A stretch of DNA of 64,000 bases, from NCBI GenBank assembly GCA_965228475.1, contig OZ245817.1, positions 1,248,001 to 1,312,000 of the forward strand. Direction: 5' to 3'. Source of the DNA: Myxococcota bacterium. Its GTDB lineage: Bacteria > Myxococcota_A > UBA9160 > JAFDDA01. Positions 28,147 through 38,356 of the stretch are shown piece after piece. The position numbers and the translations under genes were made by a program. Under the pieces are notes generated by a model. The model did not search any database. It was given only the letters and a program-made list of their open reading frames with translations, and was not told where the DNA came from. How positions within the stretch are numbered: position 1 is the first letter of the stretch; each line of letters starts with the position of its first letter.

Positions 28147-29796
28147 TTAGCGCGAGTCCGGGATCGCGAGCTCGAGTTCCTTGTCCTGATCCGGGGTGCG
28201 GGCGCGCTCCCGTTCGCGTTCGATCTGCGCCGCGAGCTTCTTTCGCAGGCGCTCCTTGATGTCCTCGATCAGCGCGGCGTTCTCCTGCCGGATCTCCTCG
28301 AGTTCCTCGGCCATGCGCTGCTCCCGCGGGACCGGCTCGAAGTCGACGCGGAGCGTCTCGACGTGCTCCTTCCCGCCGTAGAGCACGGCGACGAGCTCGA
28401 TCTCGTTGCGGCCCTCGACGAGCGGAATCTCGCCGTAGAAGCTGCCGTCGATGCCGGTGTGGACGTAGTCGGTCTCCTTGCCGCTGGTGCGGTTGGCGAT
28501 CTTCACGCGGTCCACGAAGGAGAGCGCCGTGGCGCGCAGGAGCGGGATGATGTCCGCGGGGTTGTCGAGTTCCGTGCAGGTTCCGCCCGTTTCGCGCGCG
28601 ACCCACTGGACGGTCGGGTCGAGCTTTCCCGTCACGACGTCCTTGCCGAGGGCGAAGGTGTGGACGCGCACGCCGTGGCGCGCGGCGAAGGCCGCCGCCT
28701 TGCGCGCGGCGCGCACGGCCTTCTCGCGGTCGTAGGGGAGGCGCGGCTTCCCGTCGGTGAGGAAGTAGACGACGCGGTCGGCCTCTTCGTCCGGGATGGC
28801 CTCGTCCGCGGGCGGGTCCACGAGCTCGAGCGTCGCGAGCGTCAGGCCGGCGGCGTAGTCCGTCATGCCTTCGCCGCCGCGCGCGGCCAGGGCGTCGAGG
28901 GCGGCGAGCGTGGCTTCGTAGTCTCGCGTGAGCGGTGCCTCGAGGGTGGCGTCGCGCTCGGCCAGCGCGCGCAGGGAAGCCTCGTCGAGGGGCAGGTCGC
29001 GGTCCGGCGGGTTCAGGAGCAGGGCGTCGTCGCCGGAGAAGGCCACCACGCCGACGCGGATCCGGCGCCCGTCGCGGTTTCCCGGCAGCCGCTCGACGGC
29101 GCGGACGAACTCCCGGGCCGCGCGGGTCTGGGCGTGGAGGATCGAGTCCCGCGTCCTCCAGTCGTCATGGAGCACGCCGTCGCCGTCGACGTCCGCCAGG
29201 GCGAACTCTCCGGTCGAAGCCGAGACGTCGATCACGATCATCACGTCGAAGCGGCCCGAGGAGCCGCTCGTGTGGGCGAGCCCGGCCACGGGGAGGCGCG
29301 GGTCGTAGTGCTGGCGGGTGGCCTCGCCGACGGTCGGACTCGAGAGCGCCAGCGTCACCTTTTCGGGCGGCCGGAATAAGGAGGCGATCCGCCGGAAGAA
29401 GCCCGGCCTCTCCCGCTCCTTCACCTCGCGGGCGACCTCGAGGGTGGCCTCGGGCTCGAAGTCGAAGCGGTCCGTGTGGGCTTCGGGGACGCCGGCCGGC
29501 GGACGCGCGGAGACCTCCCAATCGGCCGGGAGCAGCACCGTCCAGGCTGCGGAGACGAAGCCGACGGTGCCGTCCTCCAGCCGGATCTGGTGCCACTCGG
29601 CGCCCGACTCGACCAGCCGCGCCCGGTCTCCGGGGCGGAGACTCCCGACGTCGGCGCCGGCCCGGCCGGCGGCAGCGCGCACGATCACCCGGCTCGTCAC
29701 CTGGTCCGATGGCACGACGGCCTGGCCGAGCGCGGAGGCGGCCGGGAGGCCGAGCAGCGCCAGCAGCAGGAGGAGACGGATGCCCTGGACCTTCAT
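28147..29796 (-). CDS. secreted SH3b + von Willebrand A domain protein with C-terminal coiled coil
   Basis: Signal peptide; WHQIRLEDGTVGFVSAAW (SH3b); MIDAS IDVSAST and FLTDG. Confidence 0.8.
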   Translation of the reverse strand: MKVQGIRLLLLLALLGLPAASALGQAVVPSDQVTSRVIVRAAAGRAGADVGSLRPGDRARLVESGAEWHQIRLEDGTVGFVSAAWTVLLPADWEVSARPPAGVPEAHTDRFDFEPEATLEVAREVKERERPGFFRRIASLFRPPEKVTLALSSPTVGEATRQHYDPRLPVAGLAHTSGSSGRFDVMIVIDVSASTGEFALADVDGDGVLHDDWRTRDSILHAQTRAAREFVRAVERLPGNRDGRRIRVGVVAFSGDDALLLNPPDRDLPLDEASLRALAERDATLEAPLTRDYEATLAALDALAARGGEGMTDYAAGLTLATLELVDPPADEAIPDEEADRVVYFLTDGKPRLPYDREKAVRAARKAAAFAARHGVRVHTFALGKDVVTGKLDPTVQWVARETGGTCTELDNPADIIPLLRATALSFVDRVKIANRTSGKETDYVHTGIDGSFYGEIPLVEGRNEIELVAVLYGGKEHVETLRVDFEPVPREQRMAEELEEIRQENAALIEDIKERLRKKLAAQIERERERARTPDQDKELELAIPDSR

Positions 29797-29937
29797 GCCG
29801 GAATCCTACCCTCTCCACGGGCACGCCCCACGGCCGGAGGCATCGCGACCGGCAGCTTCCGCGCGCGCGCGCGGCAAGGCCGCGGCACGGCGTGTGCGGT
29901 CCGTGAGCCGGGGCAACGAAGGTGGGGGTGGGGTACG

Positions 29938-30011
29938 TGGATCCCCGGGAAGGATTCGAACCTTCACAAGCAGAGTCAGAGTCTGCTGTCCTGCCATTAG
30001 ACGACCGGGGA
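29938..30011 (-). tRNA. tRNA-Gln (anticodon CTG)
   Basis: TCCCCGGTCGTCTAATGGCAGGACAGCAGA-CTCTGAC-TCTGC...GGTTCGAATCCTTCCCGGGGATCCA; U1-A72 pair. Confidence 0.95.
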
Positions 30012-30064
30012 TCACCGGGCCCGCGGCCGAGAGGCCGCTCGCCAGAAGGTAGGAGTAGCCGAGC

Positions 30065-30100
30065 CCCGCTTGGGCCTCAACTCCCGCTTGGGCCTCAACT
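30065..30100. repeat. perfect 2x18-bp tandem duplication covering the gltX stop codon
   Basis: CCCGCTTGGGCCTCAACT twice. Confidence 0.9.
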
Positions 30101-31507
30101 CCGCCGTGCGATCTCCGCGAGGGCCTCGCCGAGCCGTGCGACCGCGCGCTCCTGGCCGAGCACGGCGGCGGTCTCGTAGATCGGCGGGGAGGCGGCCGAG
30201 CCGGTGAGGGCCACGCGCACGGGCTGGGCGAGCTTGCCGAGCTTGAGCCCGTCGCTCGCGGCCAGGGTCTCGGCGAAGGCGGCCTCGATGGCGGCTTCGT
30301 CCCAGGTGGGGAGCGCAGCGAGGCGCCCCTTCAGGTCCGTGAGCGGCGCCTCCGCCGCGGCCTTCAGATGCTTGGCGGCGGCCTTCTCCTCGAAGGCGAT
30401 GGCGTCGGACAGGAGCCAGCGCGTTTGCACGGCCATCTGCGAGAGGTCGTCGCTGCGTTCGCGCAGCAGGTCGAGCAGCTTCTCGAGCTCGGGCGTCCGC
30501 TCGACCGGCCCTCCGGCGACCGCCTCGAGCTGCGGTGCCAGGTGCGGCCAGAGTTCGTCGAGCGGCAGCGTTTTGATCCAATGCTGGTTGCTCGCCACGA
30601 GCTTCGCGAGATCGCATTGGGCGTTGCTCTTGTGGACCTCCGGCAGGTCGAACAGCCGGACGAGGTCTTCGCGCGTGAAGACCTCCTGGTCGCCGTGGCT
30701 CCAGCCGAGCCGCGCGAGCCAGGAGAGCATGGCTTCGGGCAGCACGCCCTCGTCGCGGAAGTGCTGGATGGCGACGGGGTCGCGCCGCTTGCTGAGCTTC
30801 TTGCCCCCCGCCCCGACGAGCAGCGGCACGTGGGCGAACACGGGCGGCTCCGCCCCGAGCGCGCGGTAGAGCGCGATCTGGAGCGAGGTGTTGTTCAGGT
30901 GGTCCGCGCCGCGGATCACGTGGGTGATGCCCATCTCGATGTCGTCGACCACGACGGCGACGTGGTAGAGCGCGCCCCCGTCGCTTCGGCGGATGATCCG
31001 GTCGCCGATCTCGCGCGCGTCCTGTCCGCTCGCGCCGAAGACGGCGTCCTCGAAGCCGAGCATCCCGCTCTCGGGCACGCGGATGCGCACCGTGTGTTCG
31101 CCGCAGTCGGGGCCGTGGTTCGCGTCGCGGCAGCGCCCGTCGTAGGTCCACTTCTCGCCGCGCGCGATGGTGGCCTCCTTGCGCGCCTCGAGGTCTTCCT
31201 TGCTGCAGGTGCAGCGGTAGGCCGAGCCTTCCGCGAGCATCCGTTCGATGGCGGCGGCGTAGAGCGCCGCGCGCTCGCTCTGGCGGAAGACCCCCTCGTC
31301 CCAGTCGATGCCGAGCCAGCGCAGGCCGTCGAGGACGGCCCGCTCGCTCTCCTCGGTCGAGCGCTCGCGGTCCGTGTCCTCCGAGCGCAGGACGAGCACG
31401 CCCCCGTGGCGGCGGGCGTAGGCCCAGTTGAACAGGGCCGTGCGGGCGCTTCCCAGGTGGAGGAAGCCCGTCGGGCTCGGGGCGAATCGGGTGCGGACGG
31501 TCGTCAT
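30095..31507 (-). CDS. gltX: glutamate--tRNA ligase
   Basis: RTRFAPSPTGFLHLGS, ITHVIRGADH, KKLSKR. Confidence 0.96.
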   Translation of the reverse strand: MTTVRTRFAPSPTGFLHLGSARTALFNWAYARRHGGVLVLRSEDTDRERSTEESERAVLDGLRWLGIDWDEGVFRQSERAALYAAAIERMLAEGSAYRCTCSKEDLEARKEATIARGEKWTYDGRCRDANHGPDCGEHTVRIRVPESGMLGFEDAVFGASGQDAREIGDRIIRRSDGGALYHVAVVVDDIEMGITHVIRGADHLNNTSLQIALYRALGAEPPVFAHVPLLVGAGGKKLSKRRDPVAIQHFRDEGVLPEAMLSWLARLGWSHGDQEVFTREDLVRLFDLPEVHKSNAQCDLAKLVASNQHWIKTLPLDELWPHLAPQLEAVAGGPVERTPELEKLLDLLRERSDDLSQMAVQTRWLLSDAIAFEEKAAAKHLKAAAEAPLTDLKGRLAALPTWDEAAIEAAFAETLAASDGLKLGKLAQPVRVALTGSAASPPIYETAAVLGQERAVARLGEALAEIARRS

Positions 31508-31598
31508 GGGCGCCGGATCTTAGCGGCCGCTGGCGGCCCGGCCCGGCCTCTGCGAGACTCCGGCGCCCGAAGTCACCGTATCGAAAGACCTTTTCAGG

Positions 31599-32186
31599 AT
31601 GAAGCTGCTCACCGACCGGATCACGGAAGAGCCCTCGGCCCATCGTTTCGAGCCGGATCCCGCCTGGTGGGAGGAGGCCGGCGCGCTCCTTCCGGAGCTC
31701 GCCTCGGCGGATCGGGGGGCTTTCTCCCTCCAGTTCGACGCCCACCGGATGGCCGAGGCCCTCTATCTGGAGGGCCGGGCCGAGGGCCGCGTGGAGCTCG
31801 AGTGCAGCCGCTGCCTTAAACGCTATTTTCTGCCGCTCCGCGAGGACTTCCGGCTGGTCCTGGAGCCCGCGGAGCAGCGCACACCGGCCGACCCCGAAGC
31901 CGCCGAAGCCCTGGCCCGCGATGGCCTGGCGCTCTCGGAGGATCTCGACACCGGCTGGTTCCGCGGCCTCGAAGTGGAGTTCGGCCCCTACTACAGAGAG
32001 GTCATCGCGCTCGGGTTGCCGGTGCAGCCGCTGTGTCGGGAAGAGTGTCGCGGGCTGTGCCCGCGCTGTGGAAATGATCGCAACCGCCAGGCGTGTGGTT
32101 GCGAAGAGACGAAACCGGATTCGCCGTTCGCCGCTCTCGCCGCCCTGCGCGGGGAGCCCGACGGCCGCAAGCAAGGAGACTCCTGA
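31599..32186 (+). CDS. yceD: YceD/DUF177 family protein
   Basis: ECSRCL, PLCREECRGLCPRCG; precedes rpmF. Confidence 0.9.
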   Translation: MKLLTDRITEEPSAHRFEPDPAWWEEAGALLPELASADRGAFSLQFDAHRMAEALYLEGRAEGRVELECSRCLKRYFLPLREDFRLVLEPAEQRTPADPEAAEALARDGLALSEDLDTGWFRGLEVEFGPYYREVIALGLPVQPLCREECRGLCPRCGNDRNRQACGCEETKPDSPFAALAALRGEPDGRKQGDS

Positions 32187-32371
32187 TGGCCGTGCCCAAG
32201 CGGCGGACTTCCCGCAGCCGGCGTGACAAGCGCCGTTCCCACCACGCGCTGGCCCAGCCTGCCCGTTCCGATTGCCCCCAGTGCAACGAGCCGCGTCTGC
32301 CCCACCGCGTGTGCGGCAACTGCGGCTTCTACCGGGACAAGGTCGTCGTCGAGACCGACGACGAGATCTAG
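32186..32371 (+). CDS. rpmF: 50S ribosomal protein L32
   Basis: [19 protein letters not shown]...CPQC...[11 protein letters not shown]. Confidence 0.97.
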   Translation: MAVPKRRTSRSRRDKRRSHHALAQPARSDCPQCNEPRLPHRVCGNCGFYRDKVVVETDDEI

Positions 32372-32374
32372 CGC

Positions 32375-33319
32375 TTGCTGGCCCTGCTCTTTCCGGGCCA
32401 GGGGTCCCAGAGCGTCGGCATGGGGCGCGACGTCCACGAGGCGTCGCCCGCCGCCCGCGCCGTGTTCGAGGCCGCCGACGACGCCCTCGGCTACTCGCTC
32501 TCGAAGCTGTGCTTCGAGGGTCCCGACGATGCGCTGGTCCCGACGGAGGTCCAGCAGCCCGCGATCCTGACCGTGAGCATCGCCCTGCTGCGCGCGCTCG
32601 AGGAGCAGGCACCGGTTCGCGCGGCGTACGTCGCGGGCCACAGCCTCGGGGAGTACAGCGCGCTCGTGGCCGCGGGGGCCGTGGACTTCGAAGACGCCGT
32701 CCGTCTCGTGGCGGCGCGCGGCCGCTTCATGCAGGAGACCGTGGCGGCCGGCGAAGGGGCCATGGCGGCGGTCCTGAAGAGCACGCCCGAGGCCGTGGCC
32801 GAGGCCTGCGCTGCCGAGTGCAGCGCCAGCGGGCGGGTGGTCGCACCGGCCAACTTCAACGCTCCGGCCCAGACGGTGATCGCCGGCCACACGGATGCCG
32901 TCGAGGGCGCCTCGGAGCGGCTCGGCGCCGCCGGCGCCCGGGTGAAGCGCCTGGCCGTCTCGGCCCCGTTCCACTGCGAACTCATGGCGCCGGCCGCGGA
33001 GAAGCTGGCCGCGGAGCTCGCGACCGTCTCCTGGCGGGATCCGGCCGTGCCCGTCGTCAGCAACGTCGAGGCCGAGCCCAATGCCCGGGCCGCCGCGATC
33101 CCGGAACTCCTGCGGCGCCAGGTGACGGCGCCGGTGCGCTTCGTCGAGAGCGTCGCCCGGCTGGCGGGCCTCGGCGCGACCCATGCCCTGGAGGTCGGGC
33201 CGGGCCGGGTGCTCTCGGCCCTGGTGGCCCGAATCGAGAAGGGGCTCGAACGTCAGAACCTGGGGAAGGCCGAAGATCTGGCCCCGGCGCTCGCCTTCGT
33301 GAGCGCAGCCCAGGATTAG
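32375..33319 (+). CDS. fabD: malonyl-CoA:ACP transacylase
   Basis: FPGQGSQ, GHSLGEY, VSAPFHC. Confidence 0.96.
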   Translation: MLALLFPGQGSQSVGMGRDVHEASPAARAVFEAADDALGYSLSKLCFEGPDDALVPTEVQQPAILTVSIALLRALEEQAPVRAAYVAGHSLGEYSALVAAGAVDFEDAVRLVAARGRFMQETVAAGEGAMAAVLKSTPEAVAEACAAECSASGRVVAPANFNAPAQTVIAGHTDAVEGASERLGAAGARVKRLAVSAPFHCELMAPAAEKLAAELATVSWRDPAVPVVSNVEAEPNARAAAIPELLRRQVTAPVRFVESVARLAGLGATHALEVGPGRVLSALVARIEKGLERQNLGKAEDLAPALAFVSAAQD

Positions 33320-33348
33320 GGCACAATACGCGAGAGGGTGGAGGAACC

Positions 33349-33585
33349 ATGTCGCTGGAAGATCGCGTGACGGAAATCATCATGGAGCAGCTGGGGGTCT
33401 CGCGAGAGCAGATCCGCCCGGAGGCTTCGTTCATCGACGACCTCGGTGCGGATTCGCTCGACATCGTCGAACTCGTGATGGCCATGGAGGAAGAGTTCGA
33501 CATCGAGATCCCGGACGAGGAAGCCGAGAAGATCCAGACCATCCGGGATGCCACCGGCTACCTCCAGAGCCAAGTCGATGTCTAG
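33349..33585 (+). CDS. acpP: acyl carrier protein
   Basis: [27 protein letters not shown]. Confidence 0.97.
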   Translation: MSLEDRVTEIIMEQLGVSREQIRPEASFIDDLGADSLDIVELVMAMEEEFDIEIPDEEAEKIQTIRDATGYLQSQVDV

Positions 33586-34873
33586 CGGCTACTCCCCCGA
33601 AGCTTCGCGCAGTCACGCCCTGGCCGAGGCGGACCCGGACGTCGCCCGGCTGATCCGGGAGGAGGCGCGCCGGCAGGCGCTCTCCATCGAGCTGATCGCC
33701 TCGGAGAACTTCGTCTCCGACGCCGTGCTCGAGGCGGCCGGCACCGTGCTCACCAACAAGTACGCCGAGGGCTACCCCGGCCGGCGCTACTACGGCGGCT
33801 GCCACGTCGTCGACGAGATCGAGGACCTCGCCCGCGAGCGGGCCAAGGCGCTGTTCGGCGTCGACCACGTGAACGTGCAGCCCCACGCCGGTTCCCAGGC
33901 CAACGAAGCGGTCTACCGTGCGGTGCTCGACGTCGGCGACACCATCCTCGCCATGAACCTCGACCACGGCGGCCACCTGACCCACGGCAGCCCCGTGAAC
34001 TTCTCGGGCAAGCTCTACAACGTCGTGGCCTACGGCGTGCGCAAGGCGGACGAGCGCATCGATCTCGAGGAGGTGCGCCAGCTCGCGAAGGAGCACCGTC
34101 CGAAGCTCATCCAGTGCGGCTACACCGCCTACTCGCGTCAGGTCGACTTCGAGGGCTTCCGCGAGATCGCCGACGAGGTCGGGGCGGTGCTCTTCGCCGA
34201 CATCGCCCACATCGCGGGCCTCGTCGCGGCGGGCGTGCACCCGAGCCCGGCGGGCAAGGCGCACATCTTCACGACGACCACGCACAAGACCCTGCGCGGC
34301 CCCCGCGGCGGCATGATCCTGTGCGACAAGGAATGGGCGAAGAAGGTCGATTCCGCCGTCTTCCCGGGAGGGCAGGGCGGCCCGCTCATGCACGTGATCG
34401 CCGCCAAGGCCGTGGCGCTGCTCGAGGCGCAGCAGCCCTCCTTCAAGGCGTACTGCGAGCAGATCCTCGCCAACGCCCGCACCCTGGCCGAGGCCCTCGA
34501 CTCGGCCGGCGACTTCAAGATCGTCTCGGGCGGGACGGACACGCACCTGTTCCTGCTCTCGCTGGTCGAGCGCGACGTGACGGGCAAGGCCGCCGAGCTC
34601 TCGCTCGAGCGCGCCGGCATCACGGCCAACAAGAACATGGTGCCCTTCGATCCGCAGACGCCCTTCGTCACGTCGGGCCTGCGGCTCGGGACGCCCGCCG
34701 TCACGACGCGGGGGATGAAGGAGCCCGAGATGCGCGAGATCGCCGGCTTCATCGCCCGCGGCCTCGAGAACCACGGGGACGTCGAAGCCCTCGACGCGAT
34801 CCGGCAGGAGGTGGAGAAGCTCTGCCGCCGCTTCCCGCTCTATCCGGGTCGCTGGGACGACGACGCCGCCTGA
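33578..34873 (+). CDS. glyA: serine hydroxymethyltransferase
   Basis: [35 protein letters not shown]. Confidence 0.97.
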   Translation: MSSGYSPEASRSHALAEADPDVARLIREEARRQALSIELIASENFVSDAVLEAAGTVLTNKYAEGYPGRRYYGGCHVVDEIEDLARERAKALFGVDHVNVQPHAGSQANEAVYRAVLDVGDTILAMNLDHGGHLTHGSPVNFSGKLYNVVAYGVRKADERIDLEEVRQLAKEHRPKLIQCGYTAYSRQVDFEGFREIADEVGAVLFADIAHIAGLVAAGVHPSPAGKAHIFTTTTHKTLRGPRGGMILCDKEWAKKVDSAVFPGGQGGPLMHVIAAKAVALLEAQQPSFKAYCEQILANARTLAEALDSAGDFKIVSGGTDTHLFLLSLVERDVTGKAAELSLERAGITANKNMVPFDPQTPFVTSGLRLGTPAVTTRGMKEPEMREIAGFIARGLENHGDVEALDAIRQEVEKLCRRFPLYPGRWDDDAA

Positions 34874-34950
34874 ACCGCCGACGACCCGGGCGTCGCGGGT
34901 GAACGGGGGCGTCGGCCGCCGTCGACCCGGGCGCCCACGCTGGAGCCTGC

Positions 34951-35415
34951 GTGCGCTGCCCGTACTGCGCCATGGAAGACAATCGCGTGATCGATTCGCG
35001 ATTGGGCCGCGACGGCGAGGAGATTCGCCGCCGGCGCGAGTGCCTGGAGTGCCAGCGGCGCTTCACCACCCGCGAGCGCGTCGAGTACGTCCTGCCGAAG
35101 ATCGTGAAGCGCGACGAGCGGCGCGAAGAGTACTCCCGGGCCAAGCTCCTGAGCAGTCTCCAGAAGGCCTGCGCGAAGACCTCCGTCTCCGTCGACGCCA
35201 TCGACCACATCGCCGAGCGCGTGGAGCTCTCGCTCCAGGACAGCGGTGAGAGCGAGCTCTCGAGCCGCCGCGTCGGGGAGCGCGTGATGGAGGAGCTGCT
35301 CTCCCTCGATGCCATGGCGGCGGTGCGCTTCGCCTCCGTCTTCGAGCGCTTCGAGAGCCGCGACGACTACGAGGCGTTCTTCTCCCGCTTCGCGACCCTG
35401 CGCCGCGGGAAGTAG
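34951..35415 (+). CDS. nrdR: transcriptional repressor NrdR
   Basis: CPYC...VIDSR...IRRRRECLEC..RFTT; ATP cone. Confidence 0.95.
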   Translation: MRCPYCAMEDNRVIDSRLGRDGEEIRRRRECLECQRRFTTRERVEYVLPKIVKRDERREEYSRAKLLSSLQKACAKTSVSVDAIDHIAERVELSLQDSGESELSSRRVGERVMEELLSLDAMAAVRFASVFERFESRDDYEAFFSRFATLRRGK

Positions 35416-35417
35416 CG

Positions 35418-36629
35418 ATGGCCGGCCGTCGCTCGAAACCGCGGAGCGGCAAGGGCCGCGGCTCGAGCTCCGCGAAGCGCCGCGCGCCGAAGCCGGGCGC
35501 CGCCGACGAACGCTTCATGGGCCAGGCCGTCGCCGCGGCGCGCCGCATGCTCGGGCGCACCCCGCCGAATCCGACCGTCGGGGCCGTCGTCGTCCGCGGT
35601 GGCGAAGTGCTGGCGCGGGGAGCGACCCGCCCGGCCGGCGGCGCCCACGCCGAGATCGTCGCGCTCACCCGGGCGCTCGCACGCCACGGCCCGAAGGCCC
35701 TGCGCGGTGCCACGCTCTACTCGACCCTCGAACCGTGCTCGCACCGCGGACGCACCGGGCCCTGCGCCGACGCGATCGTCGATGCAGGGATCCGGCGTGT
35801 CGTGATCGGCCAGCGCGATCCGAGCGATTGGGTGAACGGGCGCGGCATCCGAAGGCTTCGCCGGGCCGGGCTCGACGTGGAGGTTGGCGTGCTCGAAGCC
35901 GCGTGCCGCGAGCTCCACCGGGGCTACGTCTCGGTGATCGAGCGCGGCCGCCCCTTCGTGGCGCTGAAACTCGCCGGCACGCTCGACGGCCGCATCGCCG
36001 CGGCCAGCGGCGAATCGCGCTGGATCACCGGCCCCGAAGCCCGCGCGCGGGTGCACCGCCTGCGCGACCGGTTCGACGCGCTGCTCGTCGGCTCCGAGAC
36101 CGCGCTTGCGGACGACCCGCGGCTCGACGTCCGGCGCGGGAGCCGCGTGGTGCGCCGCCCGGTCGCGGTCGTGGTCGACTCGAAGCTCCGGGTCGGGCAC
36201 ACGGCGCGCCTGCACGCAGGCCCGGCCCGAAGCATCGCGGTCTGTACGAAGGAAGCGCCGGCACGGCGCCGAGCCGCGCTCGAAGCGGCGGGGGTCGAGG
36301 TGCTCGCGGTGCGCGGCCGGCGCGGGCGGGTCGACCTGCGGGCCGGGCTCGAGGCCCTCGCGAAGGCCGGCCTCACGCGGGTGTGGGTCGAGGGCGGGGG
36401 TGTCCTCGCCGCCGGCCTGCTCGAGCGCGACCTCGTCGACGAGGTTCACTGGTTCGCCGCACCGACCCTGCTCGGCGGCGACGGCCGGCCGGCCCTCGGG
36501 CCGATCGGGGCCGCGCGCCTCTCGCGCGCCGTCCACCTCGAGGCGCCGGAGGTGCGCCGGGTGGGGCAGGACCTGTACGTTCGGGGGGAGCCGCGGCGCG
36601 GATCGCCCCGGCGGAAGGAACCACGTTGA
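35418..36629 (+). CDS. ribD: riboflavin biosynthesis deaminase/reductase
   Basis: PNPTVG, HAE, TLEPCSH.GRTGPC, SRWITG, VEGG. Confidence 0.95.
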   Translation: MAGRRSKPRSGKGRGSSSAKRRAPKPGAADERFMGQAVAAARRMLGRTPPNPTVGAVVVRGGEVLARGATRPAGGAHAEIVALTRALARHGPKALRGATLYSTLEPCSHRGRTGPCADAIVDAGIRRVVIGQRDPSDWVNGRGIRRLRRAGLDVEVGVLEAACRELHRGYVSVIERGRPFVALKLAGTLDGRIAAASGESRWITGPEARARVHRLRDRFDALLVGSETALADDPRLDVRRGSRVVRRPVAVVVDSKLRVGHTARLHAGPARSIAVCTKEAPARRRAALEAAGVEVLAVRGRRGRVDLRAGLEALAKAGLTRVWVEGGGVLAAGLLERDLVDEVHWFAAPTLLGGDGRPALGPIGAARLSRAVHLEAPEVRRVGQDLYVRGEPRRGSPRRKEPR

Positions 36630-37099
36630 AGACCTACCCGTCCCCGGGCGAGGCCCCGGGCCAGCGCTTCGCGATCGTCGTCGCCCGTTTCAACCAGCTC
36701 GTGACCGCCCGCCTGCTCGAGGGCGCCGTGGGCGAGTTCGAAGCGCGCGGCGTCGCGCCCGACGACGTGCACGTGGCCTGGGTGCCCGGCGCCTTCGAGA
36801 TCCCCCAGGCTGCACGCGTCCTGGCGGAGACGGGGCGGTACGCCGGCGTCGTGACCCTCGGCGCGGTGATCCGGGGTGGGACGCCCCACTTCGACTACGT
36901 CTGCGACGCCGTGACCGCCGGCGTGCGCGAAGCGGGCCGCGACACGGGCGTTCCCGTGGTCTTCGGCGTGCTCACCGTCGACGACGTCGACCAGGCGATG
37001 GAGCGCTGCGGTGACGACGACAACAAGGGCGCCGAAGCCGCCGCGGTCGCGATCGAGATGGCCGGCCTTCTCCCGGCGCTGAAATCGCCGCCCGAATGA
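36626..37099 (+). CDS. ribH: 6,7-dimethyl-8-ribityllumazine synthase
   Basis: IVVARFN, WVPGAFEIP, GAVIRGGTPHFDYV; TTG start. Confidence 0.95.
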   Translation: MKTYPSPGEAPGQRFAIVVARFNQLVTARLLEGAVGEFEARGVAPDDVHVAWVPGAFEIPQAARVLAETGRYAGVVTLGAVIRGGTPHFDYVCDAVTAGVREAGRDTGVPVVFGVLTVDDVDQAMERCGDDDNKGAEAAAVAIEMAGLLPALKSPPE

Positions 37100-37602
37100 G
37101 CACGGCCGCTCCGGAAAGCCCGCGCAAGCGGTCGCGGGCGGCTGCCCTGCAGGTGCTCTTCTCCCTCGAGTTCGGGAAGTCCGAGCCCGGCGTGGAGGCC
37201 GAAGCGGTGAGCGTGGGATCGGGGGACGTCGCGAGGGCCCAGGCCGCCTTCGACGAGGTCGGCGTGCACTTCGAGCTGCCCGAAGGGGCGCGGGCCTTCG
37301 CGAAGGAGCTCGTACTCGGCGTCGCGAACCACCGGGCGGCCCTCGACGCACTCGTTGCCGAGCACGCGCGCAACTGGCGGATCGAGCGCATGGCCTCCGT
37401 CGATCGCAACGTTCTCCGACTCGGCGCCTACGAACTCGCGCACGGGGAGGCGCCGGTCCCCGTGGTGATCGACGAGTCCGTCGAGCTTGCGCGGCGCTTC
37501 GGTGGCGACCGCTCGCCGGCCTTCGTGAACGGCGTGCTCGACGCCATCGCCGCCCACGTCCGCCCGCCCGAAGACCGCTCGCGCGCGGAGGGCGAGGGAT
37601 GA
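37096..37602 (+). CDS. nusB: transcription antitermination factor NusB
   Basis: NWRIERMASVDRNVLR, FVNGVLD. Confidence 0.95.
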   Translation: MSTAAPESPRKRSRAAALQVLFSLEFGKSEPGVEAEAVSVGSGDVARAQAAFDEVGVHFELPEGARAFAKELVLGVANHRAALDALVAEHARNWRIERMASVDRNVLRLGAYELAHGEAPVPVVIDESVELARRFGGDRSPAFVNGVLDAIAAHVRPPEDRSRAEGEG

Positions 37603-38264
37603 GCGCGACGCTGCGCATCGAGCTCGCGACGGATCCCGTCGAACGCCTGGCCGCCGATGCGGTCGTGGCCTTCTGCTTCGACGACGACCGGCCCCTGCGC
37701 GGCCCCGCCGGCCGCGCGGACTGGCGCCTGTGCGGCGACCTCTCGCGCTTCGTCGCGAGCCACGAGGCCGCGGAGGTGCTCGAGCGCGGCGCCCTGCTCC
37801 TGCCGACGGCGGGCCGGCTGCGTTCCCCGCGCCTGCTGTTGATCGGCCTCGGGCCCGCCGGGGACTTCACCCCCGACGCCTGCGCCCACGCCGTCCGCGA
37901 CGCGGTCGCCCGGCTCGTGGCTCTGCGCACGGGCTCGGCCGCGCTCGGGCCGCCCGGGTCCTGGCTCGACCGCCTGCCCGTCGGCATCGGCGCCCAGGCC
38001 TGCCTGCGGGGCGCCGTGGCCGCGCTCGCCGAAGCCGGGGGAACGCTCCAGCTGCGTCTGGTGACTTCCCCCGAGCACGTCGCACGCTTCCTGCGCGGGC
38101 TCGAAGCCGCCCGCGACGCCGTGGCCGACCGTGGGGTCGAGATCGTCCTGCCTGACCGGGAACGGGTCCCCACGGCGGCCCGCCCGCCGGCGGCCCGGCC
38201 GCTGCGTCCGCCCGCGTCCGGCCCGGCGCCGCCGCGCGTCACGCCCTCGCCCCGGGCCGGGTGA
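37599..38264 (+). CDS. stand-alone peptidase M17 N-terminal-domain-like protein
   Basis: DDRPLRGPAGRADWRLCGDLSR, RLLLIGLG; no catalytic M17 domain. Confidence 0.65.
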   Translation: MSATLRIELATDPVERLAADAVVAFCFDDDRPLRGPAGRADWRLCGDLSRFVASHEAAEVLERGALLLPTAGRLRSPRLLLIGLGPAGDFTPDACAHAVRDAVARLVALRTGSAALGPPGSWLDRLPVGIGAQACLRGAVAALAEAGGTLQLRLVTSPEHVARFLRGLEAARDAVADRGVEIVLPDRERVPTAARPPAARPLRPPASGPAPPRVTPSPRAG

Positions 38265-38274
38265 GCTTCCCGGC

Positions 38275-38301
38275 TTAAGTCCCCCCACGGCTGGCCGATT
38301 C
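38275..38301 (+). promoter_or_regulatory. sigma28/FliA-like promoter motif
   Basis: TTAAG-N14-GCCGATTC upstream of the DUF4388 gene. Confidence 0.5.
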
Positions 38302-38356
38302 ACCGGATGACCATGCGCGTGCGGAAGCGGCAGAGCGGCCTCCACTCGAGGTACGA

